Assembly: GCA_963749915.1 (NCBI GenBank)
Contig: CAVVOP010000008.1
Coordinates: 640,001 to 704,000 of the forward strand
From: an uncultured cyanobacterium
GTDB lineage: Bacteria; Cyanobacteriota; Cyanobacteriia; Cyanobacteriales; Cyanobacteriaceae
Reading direction: 5' to 3'
DNA length: 64,000 bases
Part shown: positions 21,569 to 32,958 of the stretch, in pieces
How positions within the stretch are numbered: the first letter of the stretch is position 1
Layout of the letters: every line of letters begins with the position of its first letter
Position numbers and translations under genes: made by a program
Notes under the pieces: model-generated
Told to the model about the DNA's origin: nothing
Databases searched by the model: none
Seen by the model: only the letters and a program-made list of their open reading frames with translations

Positions 21569-22441
21569 TCAGATAACTTGAAGAGATATATCAGCTGTTA
21601 TCTTTGACTTAGTCAGCTCACCATCTTCTGTTAAAGATTGAACTGGCGTAATCTTACCAGTAACAGCGGCCGCATAACTAGGGAAACAACTAGCGGCTAA
21701 AGCTACGTGGCGATCGCTGACTGCTAATCCGTGAGTAGGATCGTAACCTCGCCAGCCACCACCAGGTAAATAAACCTCAGCCCAAGCGTGTAAGTCTCGG
21801 TTGTCTTGTTCTAGGTCTCCTTCTTGATAACCACTGACAAACCTGGCCGCTAAACCCATAGCACGACAAACTTCTATAAACAATACAGCTAAATCCCGAC
21901 AAGAACCTTGCTTGCGTCTCCAGGTTACTCCTGCTGGCCAGGGTTCTCCATTTTCACGAGTAATATAATTACAACTTTCATAGAGACGCTGATTTGAATT
22001 GGAAACAAAAGCAATGGTATTACCGTTGACTTCTAAATCAATTTCTTGTGCAAGTTCTAATACTACCGGATCCAATAGGAAACTGTGGGGTTGTAAATAA
22101 GGTTGAAGTTGAGTGAATAAGGAACTAGGATAATCAATGGGTAGCTTAACTGCCCAAGGCTCAAGGAGATAGTCAAAAGGATTTGTTTTGTAGGTTTCTA
22201 CTTGGGTAATGATTTTGAGTTCCAATTGCTCTGTTGCTTTAGTAAACCAGACCTTGGTCAGATTATTCCCATCCAAATCGACAATGTGGGAAACGGTTTC
22301 TGGGGTAGGTTCTATGAGCAGAGAAAAGGAATGGAGTTTTTGCCAACTATCGCTACGAGGTCGTAGTCTGATCAGATGGGGCTGTAACCACACGGGTTTA
22401 TTATAAGTGTAACTTGTCCTGTGAATAATGTTGTATAGCAC
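21569..22441 (-). CDS. Transglutaminase family protein (Bact_transglu_N plus core)
   Basis: IIHRTSYTY...RLRPR N-terminus; GSCRD (Cys), HAWAE (His), GYDPT (Asp) catalytic triad. Confidence 0.92.
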   Translation of the reverse strand: MLYNIIHRTSYTYNKPVWLQPHLIRLRPRSDSWQKLHSFSLLIEPTPETVSHIVDLDGNNLTKVWFTKATEQLELKIITQVETYKTNPFDYLLEPWAVKLPIDYPSSLFTQLQPYLQPHSFLLDPVVLELAQEIDLEVNGNTIAFVSNSNQRLYESCNYITRENGEPWPAGVTWRRKQGSCRDLAVLFIEVCRAMGLAARFVSGYQEGDLEQDNRDLHAWAEVYLPGGGWRGYDPTHGLAVSDRHVALAASCFPSYAAAVTGKITPVQSLTEDGELTKSKITADISLQVI

Positions 22442-22442
22442 T

Positions 22443-23390
22443 TTAAGAATTATCTATGGCAAAAAAAGTAGAATAAATTCGCATGGCCACTTCATTAATA
22501 GAGCTTTGCATCCGATCCAAAAATTCGTGTAAACCAGATTCAGTAATATCCTCTATGGTTAAATAACCTAGTTGAGAACATAATTGACCAAGGGATCGCT
22601 CCGCACTATTGCACCAAGTACCAACAGGGGTGTTGGTAATTTCATGTAAACATTGTTCAGCTTGCCATAGACAAAAATGAACGGAACGAGGAAACTGTCG
22701 GTTTAAAATTAGAAATTCAGCGACATCGTTGGGAGTGATGCGATGTTGATATTTGCGGTACATTTCGTAAGCACTAGCTGATTTTAACAAAGCGATCCAT
22801 TGAATTTGATCTAAAGGTGTTCCCACCCATTCTGCTGAAGGCAATAATACAAAATATTTTACGTCAAGAATGCGAGCCGTTTTATCCGCTCTTTCTAAGA
22901 ATCTCCCAACTTGCCCAAAATGCCAACCTTCATTATGACTCATGGTGGCATCCATCACTCCGGTAAAGCGGTGACTAGACATTTTTACCTGAGCAAAAAA
23001 ATCAGGTAGTTCATCTAAGGGTTTGCCTGATGAAGTTTCCTTCAGCATCAAGTAAAAAGCATTCACCTCCTCCCACATCTCTGAGGAAATAATTTCCCGA
23101 ATCGAGCGAGCATTTTCTCTCGCTTTTTGCACACAGGAGATAATGGAATTGGGATAATCCCCATCGAAAGTGAGAAACTGAATCACATTTTCCCCATTGA
23201 TTTCCCCGTAATGATTTTGAAACAGTTCTAAATCTCCTGTTGTATAAATTAAAGGTTGCCACTGCTGGTTTATATCCGTGGGCAAATCAAGCATTAAATG
23301 GAGATTGACATCAATAAAACGGGCGACATTTTCCGCTCGCTCGATGTAGCGGTTTAGCCAGTAAATAGAATCAGCAACTCGACTTAGCAT
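22443..23390 (-). CDS. Alpha-E domain protein (DUF403)
   Basis: MLSRVADSIYWLNRYIERAEN, ARENAR, GRFLERADKTAR, FPRSV. Confidence 0.92.
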   Translation of the reverse strand: MLSRVADSIYWLNRYIERAENVARFIDVNLHLMLDLPTDINQQWQPLIYTTGDLELFQNHYGEINGENVIQFLTFDGDYPNSIISCVQKARENARSIREIISSEMWEEVNAFYLMLKETSSGKPLDELPDFFAQVKMSSHRFTGVMDATMSHNEGWHFGQVGRFLERADKTARILDVKYFVLLPSAEWVGTPLDQIQWIALLKSASAYEMYRKYQHRITPNDVAEFLILNRQFPRSVHFCLWQAEQCLHEITNTPVGTWCNSAERSLGQLCSQLGYLTIEDITESGLHEFLDRMQSSINEVAMRIYSTFFAIDNS

Positions 23391-23400
23391 AAGTTGTTGG

Positions 23401-24891
23401 TTAGGAATTATTCGTTATTTGTTGGTTTACTTGATATTGTTGGCAATGATTGCCTTCCCCGGTTAGAACCCAAGTATCTTTACTTCCTCCACCTTGGGAA
23501 GAATTGACGACTAGAGAACCTTTTTTCAGAGCTACTCTAGTAAGTCCCCCGGGATGAACATAAATTTCCTCACCTCGATGGATGATATAAGGGCGCAAAT
23601 CTACGTGCCTTCCCTCAACAGCATCACCGATTAAAGTAGGAACTCGTGATAAGCTGAGGATTGGTTGAGCAATATAATTACGGGGATTAGCCATAATACG
23701 CTGAGCAAATTCTTGGCACTGCACTTCAGTCGCTGATGAACCGACCAACATTCCGTAGCCTCCGGCTTCGTTAGCAGATTTGACTACTAAACTCTTTAAA
23801 TTCTTGAGAACATAATTTCGCTCTTTTTCTTGCCAACATAGGTAAGTGGGAACATTAGCTAAGATTGGCTCTTCTCCTAGATAATAGCGAATCATCTCAG
23901 GTAAATAGGCATAAACCACCTTATCATCTGCTACCCCTGTTCCGGGGGCATTGGCTAGTGCGACGCGACCTTGTTGATAAACTTCCATTAATCCGGGCAC
24001 TCCTAATAAGGAGTCAGAACGAAATACCAGGGGATCTAAAAAGTCGTCATCGACTCGACGATAAATCACATCTACTCGCTGAAGTCCTTTAGTAGTTCGC
24101 ATTTGCAAATAACCGTCTACCACCACCAGATCGCGACCTTCTACTAACTCCACACCCATTTGCTGTGCCAAAAATGAGTGTTCATAATAAGCGGAATTGT
24201 AAATTCCGGGGGTGAGGACAACCACTGTGGGATTGGGTAAGTAGGGAGGTGCTAGATTTAACAAACTTTCCAGCAAATGACTAGGATAATCATCCACTGG
24301 CTTAACTGCCATAGTCTGAAAAATATCAGGAAAAGTAGTTTTCATGACTCGGCGGTTATCTAGTACATAAGAGATACCTGAAGGTACTCTTAAATTATCT
24401 TCTAGCACATACCATTGTCCATCGCGATCGCGTACTAAATCCGTACCGGTAATGTGGCACCAAATTCCTGAAACAGGTTTAATGCTAAGACAAGGTTTTA
24501 AAAACCCTTTGGCTGAATTAATAATTTCAGCAGGTATTTTGCCATCCTTAAGAATCTTTTGTTCACCGTAAATGTCTCCTAAAAAGAGGTTCAGTGCCGC
24601 AATTCTCTGCTTCAGACCTTTTTCGAGCTTTTGCCATTCTTGAGCTGAGATAATCCGAGGAATAATATCAAAGGGAAAAATTTTTTCGACACCTTGATCG
24701 TCGCTATAAACATTAAAGGTTACTCCCAGTTTAAACAGAGCGATCTGGGCTGTCTGTTGGTGTTGCTGCAATTGTTTGATGCCGAGAGCTTGCATCCATT
24801 CCATTAAGGATGCCGCCTGGGCTCGTGGTTGTCCCTTAGCCAGAAAAAGTTCATCATAAAAATCTTCTGGATCGTATGCGTTTAAATGCAC
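23401..24891 (-). CDS. Circularly permuted type 2 ATP-grasp protein
   Basis: [52 protein letters not shown]. Start placed at GTG 24891 after a GGAGGGAG RBS; the ORF track starts at 24903. Confidence 0.92.
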   Translation of the reverse strand: MHLNAYDPEDFYDELFLAKGQPRAQAASLMEWMQALGIKQLQQHQQTAQIALFKLGVTFNVYSDDQGVEKIFPFDIIPRIISAQEWQKLEKGLKQRIAALNLFLGDIYGEQKILKDGKIPAEIINSAKGFLKPCLSIKPVSGIWCHITGTDLVRDRDGQWYVLEDNLRVPSGISYVLDNRRVMKTTFPDIFQTMAVKPVDDYPSHLLESLLNLAPPYLPNPTVVVLTPGIYNSAYYEHSFLAQQMGVELVEGRDLVVVDGYLQMRTTKGLQRVDVIYRRVDDDFLDPLVFRSDSLLGVPGLMEVYQQGRVALANAPGTGVADDKVVYAYLPEMIRYYLGEEPILANVPTYLCWQEKERNYVLKNLKSLVVKSANEAGGYGMLVGSSATEVQCQEFAQRIMANPRNYIAQPILSLSRVPTLIGDAVEGRHVDLRPYIIHRGEEIYVHPGGLTRVALKKGSLVVNSSQGGGSKDTWVLTGEGNHCQQYQVNQQITNNS

Positions 24892-24948
24892 AACTCCCTC
24901 CAAGAGCTTTTTTCTGAATCAATTTTGATGCTTATTTAACTAAAAAAT

Positions 24949-24964
24949 TGTAGCTCAGGCTACA
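24949..24964. promoter_or_regulatory. Putative NtcA binding site
   Basis: TGTAGCTCAGGCTACA equals TGTA-N8-TACA, in the divergent intergenic region. No clean TAN3T -10 box at canonical spacing. Confidence 0.55.
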
Positions 24965-25074
24965 AGTTCACCAAATTTTGGCAAAAATATTGGGTCAATG
25001 TCCCAATTTTGATCACTTTTCCTGTGCCCACGATAAAATTGAAAATTAATCAATTAATTTAGGATGCAAGCCTC

Positions 25075-25638
25075 ATGATTTACTTAGGCAATCTGGGTGC
25101 AAATCAGCAACTTTATACCGAGAATCGAGGAAGCCAAACCCTCATAACTCTAGTTAGTAGTGGTGGCGGACAGCAACAAAGTCAAAGTAGCAGTTTGGAG
25201 ACGGGAAGTTGGACAGCACCGCCGAGTCTTTTCCGGATGGACGGGATGTTCCTGTTACGCATCGATTCTGTTGGAGGGCAGCATTTAATCCAAGTGCATG
25301 CTAACGGATTTAATTCCCTCAAGACAGTACCTTCTCTAATTAATGCTGATGTCATACCCTTACAAAAAGTTGCAGAAACAGAAACATCGAGTCAAAGTTC
25401 AGTACCGTTTCAGCCGATAGAACCCATGGAACCGATGAGGCCGATGAAGTTGGGTAATATGTCTATGGGAATGAACCCGATGGAAATGCGTATGGGTAAT
25501 ATGTATATGCAGATGCCACAAGACTCGAACAAAGAATCACCATCTAAATCAAATCAGCAATTCTGCACTCAATGCGGTACTTTAGTAAAGACAGGTGATC
25601 GCTTCTGTGCTCATTGCGGTCATAAACTGGAGGGTTGA
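25075..25638 (+). CDS. Zinc-ribbon domain protein with a Met/Pro-rich linker
   Basis: C-terminal FCTQCG...FCAHCG; PMEPMRPMKLGNMSMGMNPMEMRMGNM tract. Confidence 0.8.
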   Translation: MIYLGNLGANQQLYTENRGSQTLITLVSSGGGQQQSQSSSLETGSWTAPPSLFRMDGMFLLRIDSVGGQHLIQVHANGFNSLKTVPSLINADVIPLQKVAETETSSQSSVPFQPIEPMEPMRPMKLGNMSMGMNPMEMRMGNMYMQMPQDSNKESPSKSNQQFCTQCGTLVKTGDRFCAHCGHKLEG

Positions 25639-25647
25639 CCGGAAATT

Positions 25648-26415
25648 ATGACTTATTGTTTAGGGATCATCAACCATTTTGGCATAGTTATGGCGGCTGA
25701 TTCGCGTACCAATGCGGGGGTTGATTATATTTCTGCTTACAAAAAACTTTTCGATTTTTCCTTACCCGGAGAACGAGTTATTCTTATCTGTGCTTCTGGC
25801 AATCTCTCAATTACTCAGGGAGTTGTAACTAAATTAAATCGGGATATTCAACATCAGGAAGAACCCAATCTGCATACTATTCCTAGTATGTACGATCTGG
25901 CCCGCTACGTGGGCAATAAAAGTAGAGAGATTCAAGAGCAAGATCGTAATTGGTTAGAACGAGATAACATCGATTTTCATTGTAACTTTTTACTTGGTGG
26001 ACAAATAAAAGAGGAAGAACCACAGTTGTTCCTTGTTTACACTCAAGGAAACTACATTAAAGCAACTAGAGAAACTCCTTTTTTGCAAATTGGCGAGACT
26101 AAATATGGCAAGCCGATCCTTGATCGCACTATTGCTTATGATACTCCTTTAGAAGACGTGGCCAAATGTGCTCTTTTATCCATTGACTCGACGATGAAAT
26201 CGAATATTTCTGTCGGTCCGCCCATTAACTTAGCCATGTATGAAGCAAATAGTTTTGTCATTCGTCACACCTTGGAACTGCGTTTGGGAGCTCGCTATTT
26301 AGCTAAAATTCGTAAGTTGTGGGAAGATTCCGTACGTAAAGCGTTTGAGGAAATGCCTAATATAGAATGGCAACAGGAATCAGAGGAGTCTCTAGAAGAC
26401 CTACTAATTGACTAA
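25648..26415 (+). CDS. Proteasome-type protease (Anbu, Ntn-hydrolase)
   Basis: MTYC N-terminal Thr nucleophile, DSRTNAGVD, QIGETKYGKPILDR, DSTMKSNISVGPP. Confidence 0.92.
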   Translation: MTYCLGIINHFGIVMAADSRTNAGVDYISAYKKLFDFSLPGERVILICASGNLSITQGVVTKLNRDIQHQEEPNLHTIPSMYDLARYVGNKSREIQEQDRNWLERDNIDFHCNFLLGGQIKEEEPQLFLVYTQGNYIKATRETPFLQIGETKYGKPILDRTIAYDTPLEDVAKCALLSIDSTMKSNISVGPPINLAMYEANSFVIRHTLELRLGARYLAKIRKLWEDSVRKAFEEMPNIEWQQESEESLEDLLID

Positions 26416-26618
26416 TGGGATAGTTAGTTTATCAGTCATAAAAAGATTTTTTTGAGTCTTTTTCAATTACTATTAATAAAGTATCTCTTTTCTAACCTTT
26501 AAAACTATGTATTGTATGTAGAAGATTTTGTGTTTCCTATATTCATCCAAAAAAAGAGCGTTAAGATGAGCATAAAGCCCATCCTAATTATTATAAAACT
26601 AACAGAAACGAACCATTA

Positions 26619-29600
26619 CTACACAGCAGTTAACTCTTTTTGAGCTTTAGCTTCAGGATTATCTGCTTCCGAAGGTGGTACAACCTGCCAAAATTTAGAT
26701 AAATAGTGTGCCCAATTATCTAAGATTAATTGACCTTTTTTACTAACTGTTTTATTCACATGATTAGTGATTAATTCCTTTAATTGTGCTTCACCTTCAG
26801 CAGTGCAAATACGCTGAATTTTGACGATTTCGGGATTAACTTTTGCCTCGAAATTACCTTCTTCATCAAGAAAGTAACCTAAACCACCAGTCATACCCGC
26901 ACCCACGTTACGCCCTACACTACCTAAAACTACTACTAAACCGCCTGTCATATACTCGCAACAGTGATCTCCAGCACCCTCAATTACGGTTGTTGCTTTG
27001 GAGTTGCGCACAGCAAAACGCTCTCCTGCACGCCCGTTAGCATATAAACTTCCGCCCGTTGCACCATATAAGCAAGTGTTACCGATAATTACGTTTTCTG
27101 AGGCCTTGTAGGTGGCTTCGGTGGGGGGAATGATGACGATTTCACCGCCATTGATACCTTTGCCTACATAGTCGTTGGCTTCCCCTTCAAGATGAATATT
27201 CATTCCTTGAATGTTGAATGCACCAAAACTTTGTCCTGCTGTGCCTTTAAAGTTAAGGTTGAGTTTCCCGTTAAAACTGTAATCGCCGTATTGTTTGGCA
27301 ATAACTCCGGCAATTCTCGCCCCAACGGATCGATCCGTATTGATTATGTTAATCTCCTTAGTAACGTTGGTTTGATTTGCGATGGCACTTATTATTTCAT
27401 TATCTGCTAAGATTTCATCATCTAAGACAGCACCGTTGCTATGGGTATCACCATGATTTAACCATTGACGGTTATTTTTGACATCGGGTAAATTGGTTAA
27501 ACAATCTAACACAAGGGCTTTAGTTTTAGTTAATTGTACCGATTTACGGTAGGCTAACAAATCGCCACGCCCGATAATCTCATTTAAATTACGATAGCCC
27601 AATTTGGCAAGGATCGACCGCACTTCTTCCGCCACAAAATAGAAGAAATTAACTACATCCCCAGGCACACCCGAAAAACGCTCCCTTAAACGCTCTTGTT
27701 GGGTTGCAACGCCGACAGGACATTGATTGGTATGGCAAACACGAGCCATGATACAACCTTCAGCAATCATCGCAATGCTACCAAAACCATATTCTTCAGC
27801 ACCCATTAATGCCGCCATGAGAATATCCCAACCAGTCTTTAAACCGCCATCGGCACGGAGTAAAACTCGATCGCGCAACTGGTTTTCCAATAAGGTACGG
27901 TGCACTTCAGTAACTCCCAATTCCCAAGGGCAACCCGCGTGTTTAATAGAGCTTAAAGGTGATGCACCAGTACCACCGTCATGTCCTGAAATTTGGATCA
28001 CATCAGCATTAGCTTTAGCTACACCTGCGGCAATTGTACCAATGCCAACTTCAGACACTAACTTAACGGACACCTTAGCGGTGGGATTAATTTGATGTAA
28101 ATCGTGGATTAATTGAGCCAAATCCTCAATGGAGTAGATGTCATGATGGGGAGGGGGAGAAATGAGGGTGACACCGGGTTTAGAACGGCGTAACATGGCG
28201 ATATATTCGCTGACTTTCTTACCAGGTAACTGCCCCCCTTCACCGGGTTTTGCCCCCTGTGCCATTTTAATTTCTAATTGTTTACCACTCATCAAATACT
28301 CAGGGGTGACACCAAAACGCCCAGAGGCAATTTGTTTAATGGCAGAAGTAGCACGATCACCCTTACGCAATCCTTTAAGATGAGGGAATAAATCACTCTT
28401 CCCCTCCTCATCCACTTCCTCAATAATATTGTAACGGTTCGGGTCTTCTCCCCCTTCCCCAGAGTTAGATTTACCGCCAATACGATTCATGGCAATGGCT
28501 AGGGTTTCGTGGGCTTCTTGGCTTAATGCACCCAAAGACATTCCCCCGGTACAAAAACGCTTAACAATATCCTCTACGGACTCCACATCATCAATAGGGA
28601 TAGATTCTCGGTCAGTCTTAAACTCCAACAAATCACGCAGGGCAGTAACAGGGCGCTCTTCCAAATAATGACGATACCAATCATAATGATCATAACCTTC
28701 CTGAGTACCGTAGGCAGCCACCGCTTTATGTAACGACTTCGCCATTTCGGGGGAATTCATGTGATATTCGCCACCTTTTTTATAGTTGACATAGCCGTAA
28801 TTTTCGAGCTTTTTGCCCTGTAACTCAGGGAAAGCTTTATGATGGAAGGAAATCACCTCGTTAGCTACCTCAGAGAGACTTAAACCACCCACACGGCTAG
28901 TGGTGCCTTTGAAAGCTAATTCCATCACATCCGCACCTAAACCGATACATTCAAAAATCTGGGCACCATGATAGGAAGATAAGAGAGAAATACCCATTTT
29001 TGAGAGAATTTTGAGCAATCCTGCCTCTACCGACTGGCGATAACGATTTAAGGCTTCAATCTCGCTAATTTTCTCGATTTTTTCATTTTCCATCAATTTC
29101 TGAGTTTTGGTATCATGCCACCAACTGGAAACCGTTGTCAGAGTCAAATAAGGGCATACCGCCGACGCACCGAAACCGATTAGACAAGCGTAATGATGAG
29201 TACTCCAACATTGAGCCGTATCCGCAATTAAGGAAGTTTTCAGTCTTAAGCCTTCTTTAATTAAATGTTGATGGACTGTACCTATAGCTAATAAAGGAGG
29301 AATGTAAGAAGATTTAGCGGAAACTTCCCCACCTATTCTGTCACTTAAAATTACAATTTGATAACCCTGATTAACTGCCTCTACTGCTTCAGTACAAAGT
29401 TCATCTAGGGCTAATTTTAAGGCATCAGGTCCTTGGTTAATAGGGAATAAGCAAGATAATTCCTTAACTTTAAAGTCAGATTTTTTGATGAAGTCCAACT
29501 CTGAGTCCGACAACACAGGGGAATCGATTAAGAGTGTGTGGGCATTTTTTGGCTCAATTTGCAGTACATTACCTCTTTCTCCTAAGTGCATCTGTAACGA

Positions 29601-31247
29601 CATTACTAAACTTTCCCGTAAAGGATCAATTGGGGGGTTGGTAACTTGCGCAAAACGTTGCTTGAAGTAGTCGTACAATAAACGAGGTTTATCCGATAAC
29701 ACTGCCAAAGGAATATCATCACCCATGCAGAAAGTAGGCTCTTTGCCATCCCGTGCCATAGCCGTAATTACCATTTCTACATCTTCGGCGTTGTAACCGA
29801 AAGCCGTTTGCAACTGTAATAAATCAAAGTTCTCTCCCTTGTTCCCTGGGGAGGGTGTAAATTCTTGTCTATCTAAATGTGAACGATATTCTTGTAACCA
29901 TTGCCCATAAGGTTTTTGGGCGGCAATTTCCTGTTTAATTTCCCAGTTTTTGAGGACCTGATTATTTTCTAAATCTACGACAATCATCTGACCCGGACCG
30001 AGTTTGCCCTTCTCGATAATTTCTGATTCGGGTAAATCGATAACTCCAGCCTCTGAACCTACTACCACGTAACCTTCTTTGGTGATAGTATAGCGTGCAG
30101 GACGTAAACCATTGCGATCGAGGCAAGCACCCACAGTTTTTCCTTCACTAAAAGCAAGTAATGCAGGACCATCCCAGGGTTCTTTTAAACCGCTATAGTA
30201 GTGATAGAAGTCGAGAATTTCGGGATATTTTTCTAATTCAGGTTGATTTTGATAGGCCTCAGGTACGAGAATCATCAACGCTTCAGGAATACTGCGCCCT
30301 GTCCGTACTAATAATTCCAAAGAACTATCAAGGTTATAGGAGTCACTATTTGCCATGTTAACAATGGGGGTAACACCGTCGAATTCTTCTTTGGTCCATC
30401 CGGGTAACTCTAAATTGGCCTCCCGTACAGTCATCCAGTTGATATTACCGATAAGGGTATTAATTTCGCCATTATGTCCTAAAACCCGCATCGGTTGAGC
30501 AAAAGGCCATTTAGGCATAGTATTGGTACTAAAACGACGATGATAAACAGCGAAACGACTTTGATATTCAGGGTTTTGTAAATCTAAGTAAAATTTTTCT
30601 AATATTTCCCCACGCACTAAACCCTTATAGACCAAGGTACGACAAGAAAAAGAACAGATATAAAAATCATCAGATAAATGCTTACCCACTCTCGAACGTG
30701 CTACGTATAAACGGCGATCGAGTTCATCACCTTTGTAGTGTTTTCCCCCTGAAGTAACGATAATTTGCTCAATACGGGGTTGATTTTCCCTGGCCTGTTG
30801 CCCTAAGACATCAGAATTTACAGGCACTTCGCGCCAACCGAGGGTTTTGAGACTTTCTACCTCTACCATCTCCTCCACAAACTTACGCCCTTTTCTCGCT
30901 TCAGCCTCATCTTGGGGTAAAAATACCATGCCAACTCCCCATTCTTCAGCTAGAGGCATCTCGATATTATTTTCACTAAACCATGCCTTAAATATTTCTA
31001 CAGGAATCCCTGTTAAAATTCCCGAACCATCACCACTATCTTGATCTGCACTACATCCGCCTCTATGTTCCATACAATGTAAGGCTTTCAGGGCTTGTTT
31101 TACTAATTTATGAGATTGACGATTCTCTTGATAGGCGATGAAGCCAACTCCACAAGCGTCTCTTTCTTCCACTAACCAAGGTTGTCCTTGAAATGGTGTT
31201 AATTCATTATGATTATGGGAATTTGTCATTATATCTTGACCTTGCAT
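26619..31247 (-). CDS. glsF: Ferredoxin-dependent glutamate synthase
   Basis: ERDACGVGF amidotransferase start, [34 protein letters not shown] 3Fe-4S motif, GXGXG domain. No small-subunit gene adjacent. Confidence 0.93.
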   Translation of the reverse strand: MQGQDIMTNSHNHNELTPFQGQPWLVEERDACGVGFIAYQENRQSHKLVKQALKALHCMEHRGGCSADQDSGDGSGILTGIPVEIFKAWFSENNIEMPLAEEWGVGMVFLPQDEAEARKGRKFVEEMVEVESLKTLGWREVPVNSDVLGQQARENQPRIEQIIVTSGGKHYKGDELDRRLYVARSRVGKHLSDDFYICSFSCRTLVYKGLVRGEILEKFYLDLQNPEYQSRFAVYHRRFSTNTMPKWPFAQPMRVLGHNGEINTLIGNINWMTVREANLELPGWTKEEFDGVTPIVNMANSDSYNLDSSLELLVRTGRSIPEALMILVPEAYQNQPELEKYPEILDFYHYYSGLKEPWDGPALLAFSEGKTVGACLDRNGLRPARYTITKEGYVVVGSEAGVIDLPESEIIEKGKLGPGQMIVVDLENNQVLKNWEIKQEIAAQKPYGQWLQEYRSHLDRQEFTPSPGNKGENFDLLQLQTAFGYNAEDVEMVITAMARDGKEPTFCMGDDIPLAVLSDKPRLLYDYFKQRFAQVTNPPIDPLRESLVMSLQMHLGERGNVLQIEPKNAHTLLIDSPVLSDSELDFIKKSDFKVKELSCLFPINQGPDALKLALDELCTEAVEAVNQGYQIVILSDRIGGEVSAKSSYIPPLLAIGTVHQHLIKEGLRLKTSLIADTAQCWSTHHYACLIGFGASAVCPYLTLTTVSSWWHDTKTQKLMENEKIEKISEIEALNRYRQSVEAGLLKILSKMGISLLSSYHGAQIFECIGLGADVMELAFKGTTSRVGGLSLSEVANEVISFHHKAFPELQGKKLENYGYVNYKKGGEYHMNSPEMAKSLHKAVAAYGTQEGYDHYDWYRHYLEERPVTALRDLLEFKTDRESIPIDDVESVEDIVKRFCTGGMSLGALSQEAHETLAIAMNRIGGKSNSGEGGEDPNRYNIIEEVDEEGKSDLFPHLKGLRKGDRATSAIKQIASGRFGVTPEYLMSGKQLEIKMAQGAKPGEGGQLPGKKVSEYIAMLRRSKPGVTLISPPPHHDIYSIEDLAQLIHDLHQINPTAKVSVKLVSEVGIGTIAAGVAKANADVIQISGHDGGTGASPLSSIKHAGCPWELGVTEVHRTLLENQLRDRVLLRADGGLKTGWDILMAALMGAEEYGFGSIAMIAEGCIMARVCHTNQCPVGVATQQERLRERFSGVPGDVVNFFYFVAEEVRSILAKLGYRNLNEIIGRGDLLAYRKSVQLTKTKALVLDCLTNLPDVKNNRQWLNHGDTHSNGAVLDDEILADNEIISAIANQTNVTKEINIINTDRSVGARIAGVIAKQYGDYSFNGKLNLNFKGTAGQSFGAFNIQGMNIHLEGEANDYVGKGINGGEIVIIPPTEATYKASENVIIGNTCLYGATGGSLYANGRAGERFAVRNSKATTVIEGAGDHCCEYMTGGLVVVLGSVGRNVGAGMTGGLGYFLDEEGNFEAKVNPEIVKIQRICTAEGEAQLKELITNHVNKTVSKKGQLILDNWAHYLSKFWQVVPPSEADNPEAKAQKELTAV

Positions 31248-31482
31248 ACTTAGATTTGTTATCTTACGACCTATCGATTATCAAAATTTAGTAATAACTG
31301 ATACAGGGCTTTACTGTTCTGATAACGACGTTTCTATATCCTTCCCATTATAAAGAATTGTTAAGTATTTTTTGAGATTCTCTACAATTATTTTTCTCTG
31401 TGGAAATATTCCATTGACGAAAGTTAAGGGATATAGACTATACTCGAAAGCACTTTTATCTTAATCTTGCAACTTTAGCATT

Positions 31483-32244
31483 TTGTTTAATCCTCATTTT
31501 TTAATTAAATTAACGAATAAATTGAGCAATTACTTATTTGCGTCAAAACCAAAAAAGATTTTGTTTAATCATCTCCCAAAATGCGGAGGATCATCCCTTA
31601 ATACTTATCTAGGAACTCAGTATCCAGAAAATAAAATTTTTGCCATCGAAGGTTCAGATCCCCGTAAATCCGTTGATTTGTTTAAAACATTATCTCAAGA
31701 AGAAAGATATAGCTACGATCTGATCACAGGTCATAATGCGAATGAATTATTGGATTATGTTCACCCGGACTGCCTTAAAATAACCGTTTTCAGAGACCCC
31801 ATCCATCGCATTGTCTCCCACTATTACTACGCAAAAGATACCAAAGATCACTATTTACACTCAAAAATAAACGAGTTGAAATTAAACCTTGAACAATACG
31901 CAACCTTAAATTTAAGTGATGAACTTCGCAATTACTATACAACACATTTTTCCGGACTGACGATCAGTGATGCGGAAAAAAATCCCGAAGATTCAGTGAC
32001 GAAGGCACTAGAATTTGTTTTGGAACGATACAACCTTATGGGAGTTTTAGACGAATTTGAAACTTTTATTACAAAACTTAAGAATCAAGCTCAGTTTAAA
32101 GAGGAATATGAAAATCAGAGAGTCAACGTTACAAAAGATCGACCATCTATTAATAATATTTCACCATCTACCATCAGAAAACTTGAAGAAGTAAACTTCC
32201 TTGATGTGGCTTTCTACAAGAAAATCACAGAAATAATTTGCTGA
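31483..32244 (+). CDS. Sulfotransferase family protein
   Basis: HLPKCGGSS 5'-PSB motif and FRDPIHRIVSHYYY 3'-PB motif. Confidence 0.8.
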   Translation: MFNPHFLIKLTNKLSNYLFASKPKKILFNHLPKCGGSSLNTYLGTQYPENKIFAIEGSDPRKSVDLFKTLSQEERYSYDLITGHNANELLDYVHPDCLKITVFRDPIHRIVSHYYYAKDTKDHYLHSKINELKLNLEQYATLNLSDELRNYYTTHFSGLTISDAEKNPEDSVTKALEFVLERYNLMGVLDEFETFITKLKNQAQFKEEYENQRVNVTKDRPSINNISPSTIRKLEEVNFLDVAFYKKITEIIC

Positions 32245-32262
32245 TTTTAGCTTAAATGTCAA

Positions 32263-32512
32263 AAGAAGCCCCACGCCGTAAACACGACAAAAAAACAACT
32301 AGGTTTCGGCGTGGGATGCAATACTACTCGGTTAAGCTGAAAAACTTGATCAAATGAGAAGTGTGGGGAGTGTGAGGAGTGTGGGAAGTATGGGATTTTT
32401 CTTCCCCATCTTCCCTATCCTTGTCACAACACATAATTATTCAAATCCCTCGCAGTATTGGGGATGGTCAAAGTGTAAGACAAGACATGATCGGGATATA
32501 AATGCGGCAATG
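32263..32512 (+). mobile_element. IS200/IS605-family debris: end hairpin, STRR-like repeats and a TnpB C-terminal fragment
   Basis: Hairpin CCCACGCCG (32270-32278) / CGGCGTGGG (32307-32315). About 32455-32512 encodes W..KCKTRHDRDINAA, the TnpB Zn-finger/RuvC-III motif. Confidence 0.6.
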
Positions 32513-32696
32513 GAACTGAAGCCAGTAATAATAACTCTCGGTTCGATAACGCTATAAATATTGATCATCTTCTTATTGATCTGGTAATCATCACTATTTG
32601 TGCTGTGATTTGTGGTGCCAATAATTGGGTGGAAATTGAAAATTATGGTCACGCTAAAAAAGAATGGTTACTCTGTTTTAAGATGCGTTTGCCCTG
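32510..32696 (+). mobile_element. Internally deleted ISAs1-family element remnant
   Basis: Encodes (frameshifted) MELKP...HLLIDLVIITICAVICGANNWVEIENYGHAKKEWL, an ISAs1 transposase N-terminus, joined to the ISAs1-type end GATGCGTTTGCCCTG. Confidence 0.75.
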
Positions 32697-32958
32697 TGGT
32701 GTGAAGAAGTAATCGTGCTATTAAGTTAAGAATGAAGTAAAATTTCCTCTATGGGGTTTTTTGGACAAAGCCCCGGAAAGAAAGTTGGAATAAGGGGTTA
32801 AAAAAAGGTCGGAGATCCATATGAGGCATATATTTGAGTAAATTCCTAAACTACTGCATTGATATCGATAGCGGAAAGAGCTTTACGTCATGCCGCGATT
32901 GTCCGTGTGAATCAGTTATGGAAAAAGAACATCTGAGGTAAGTTCTCCATCATCACTA

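Noticed and set aside
26843..31044. Short + strand ORFs inside glsF (similarly those inside carB, clpB, ubiD, rel, the kinase and the sterol genes)
   Set aside because: Antisense or off-frame shadows of long conserved genes, with no motifs.
32354..32652. ORFs 32354-32557 (+) and 32437-32652 (-) as real genes, or an intact TnpB system
   Set aside because: They are mosaics of repeat and IS fragments; only about 20 TnpB-like codons are present.
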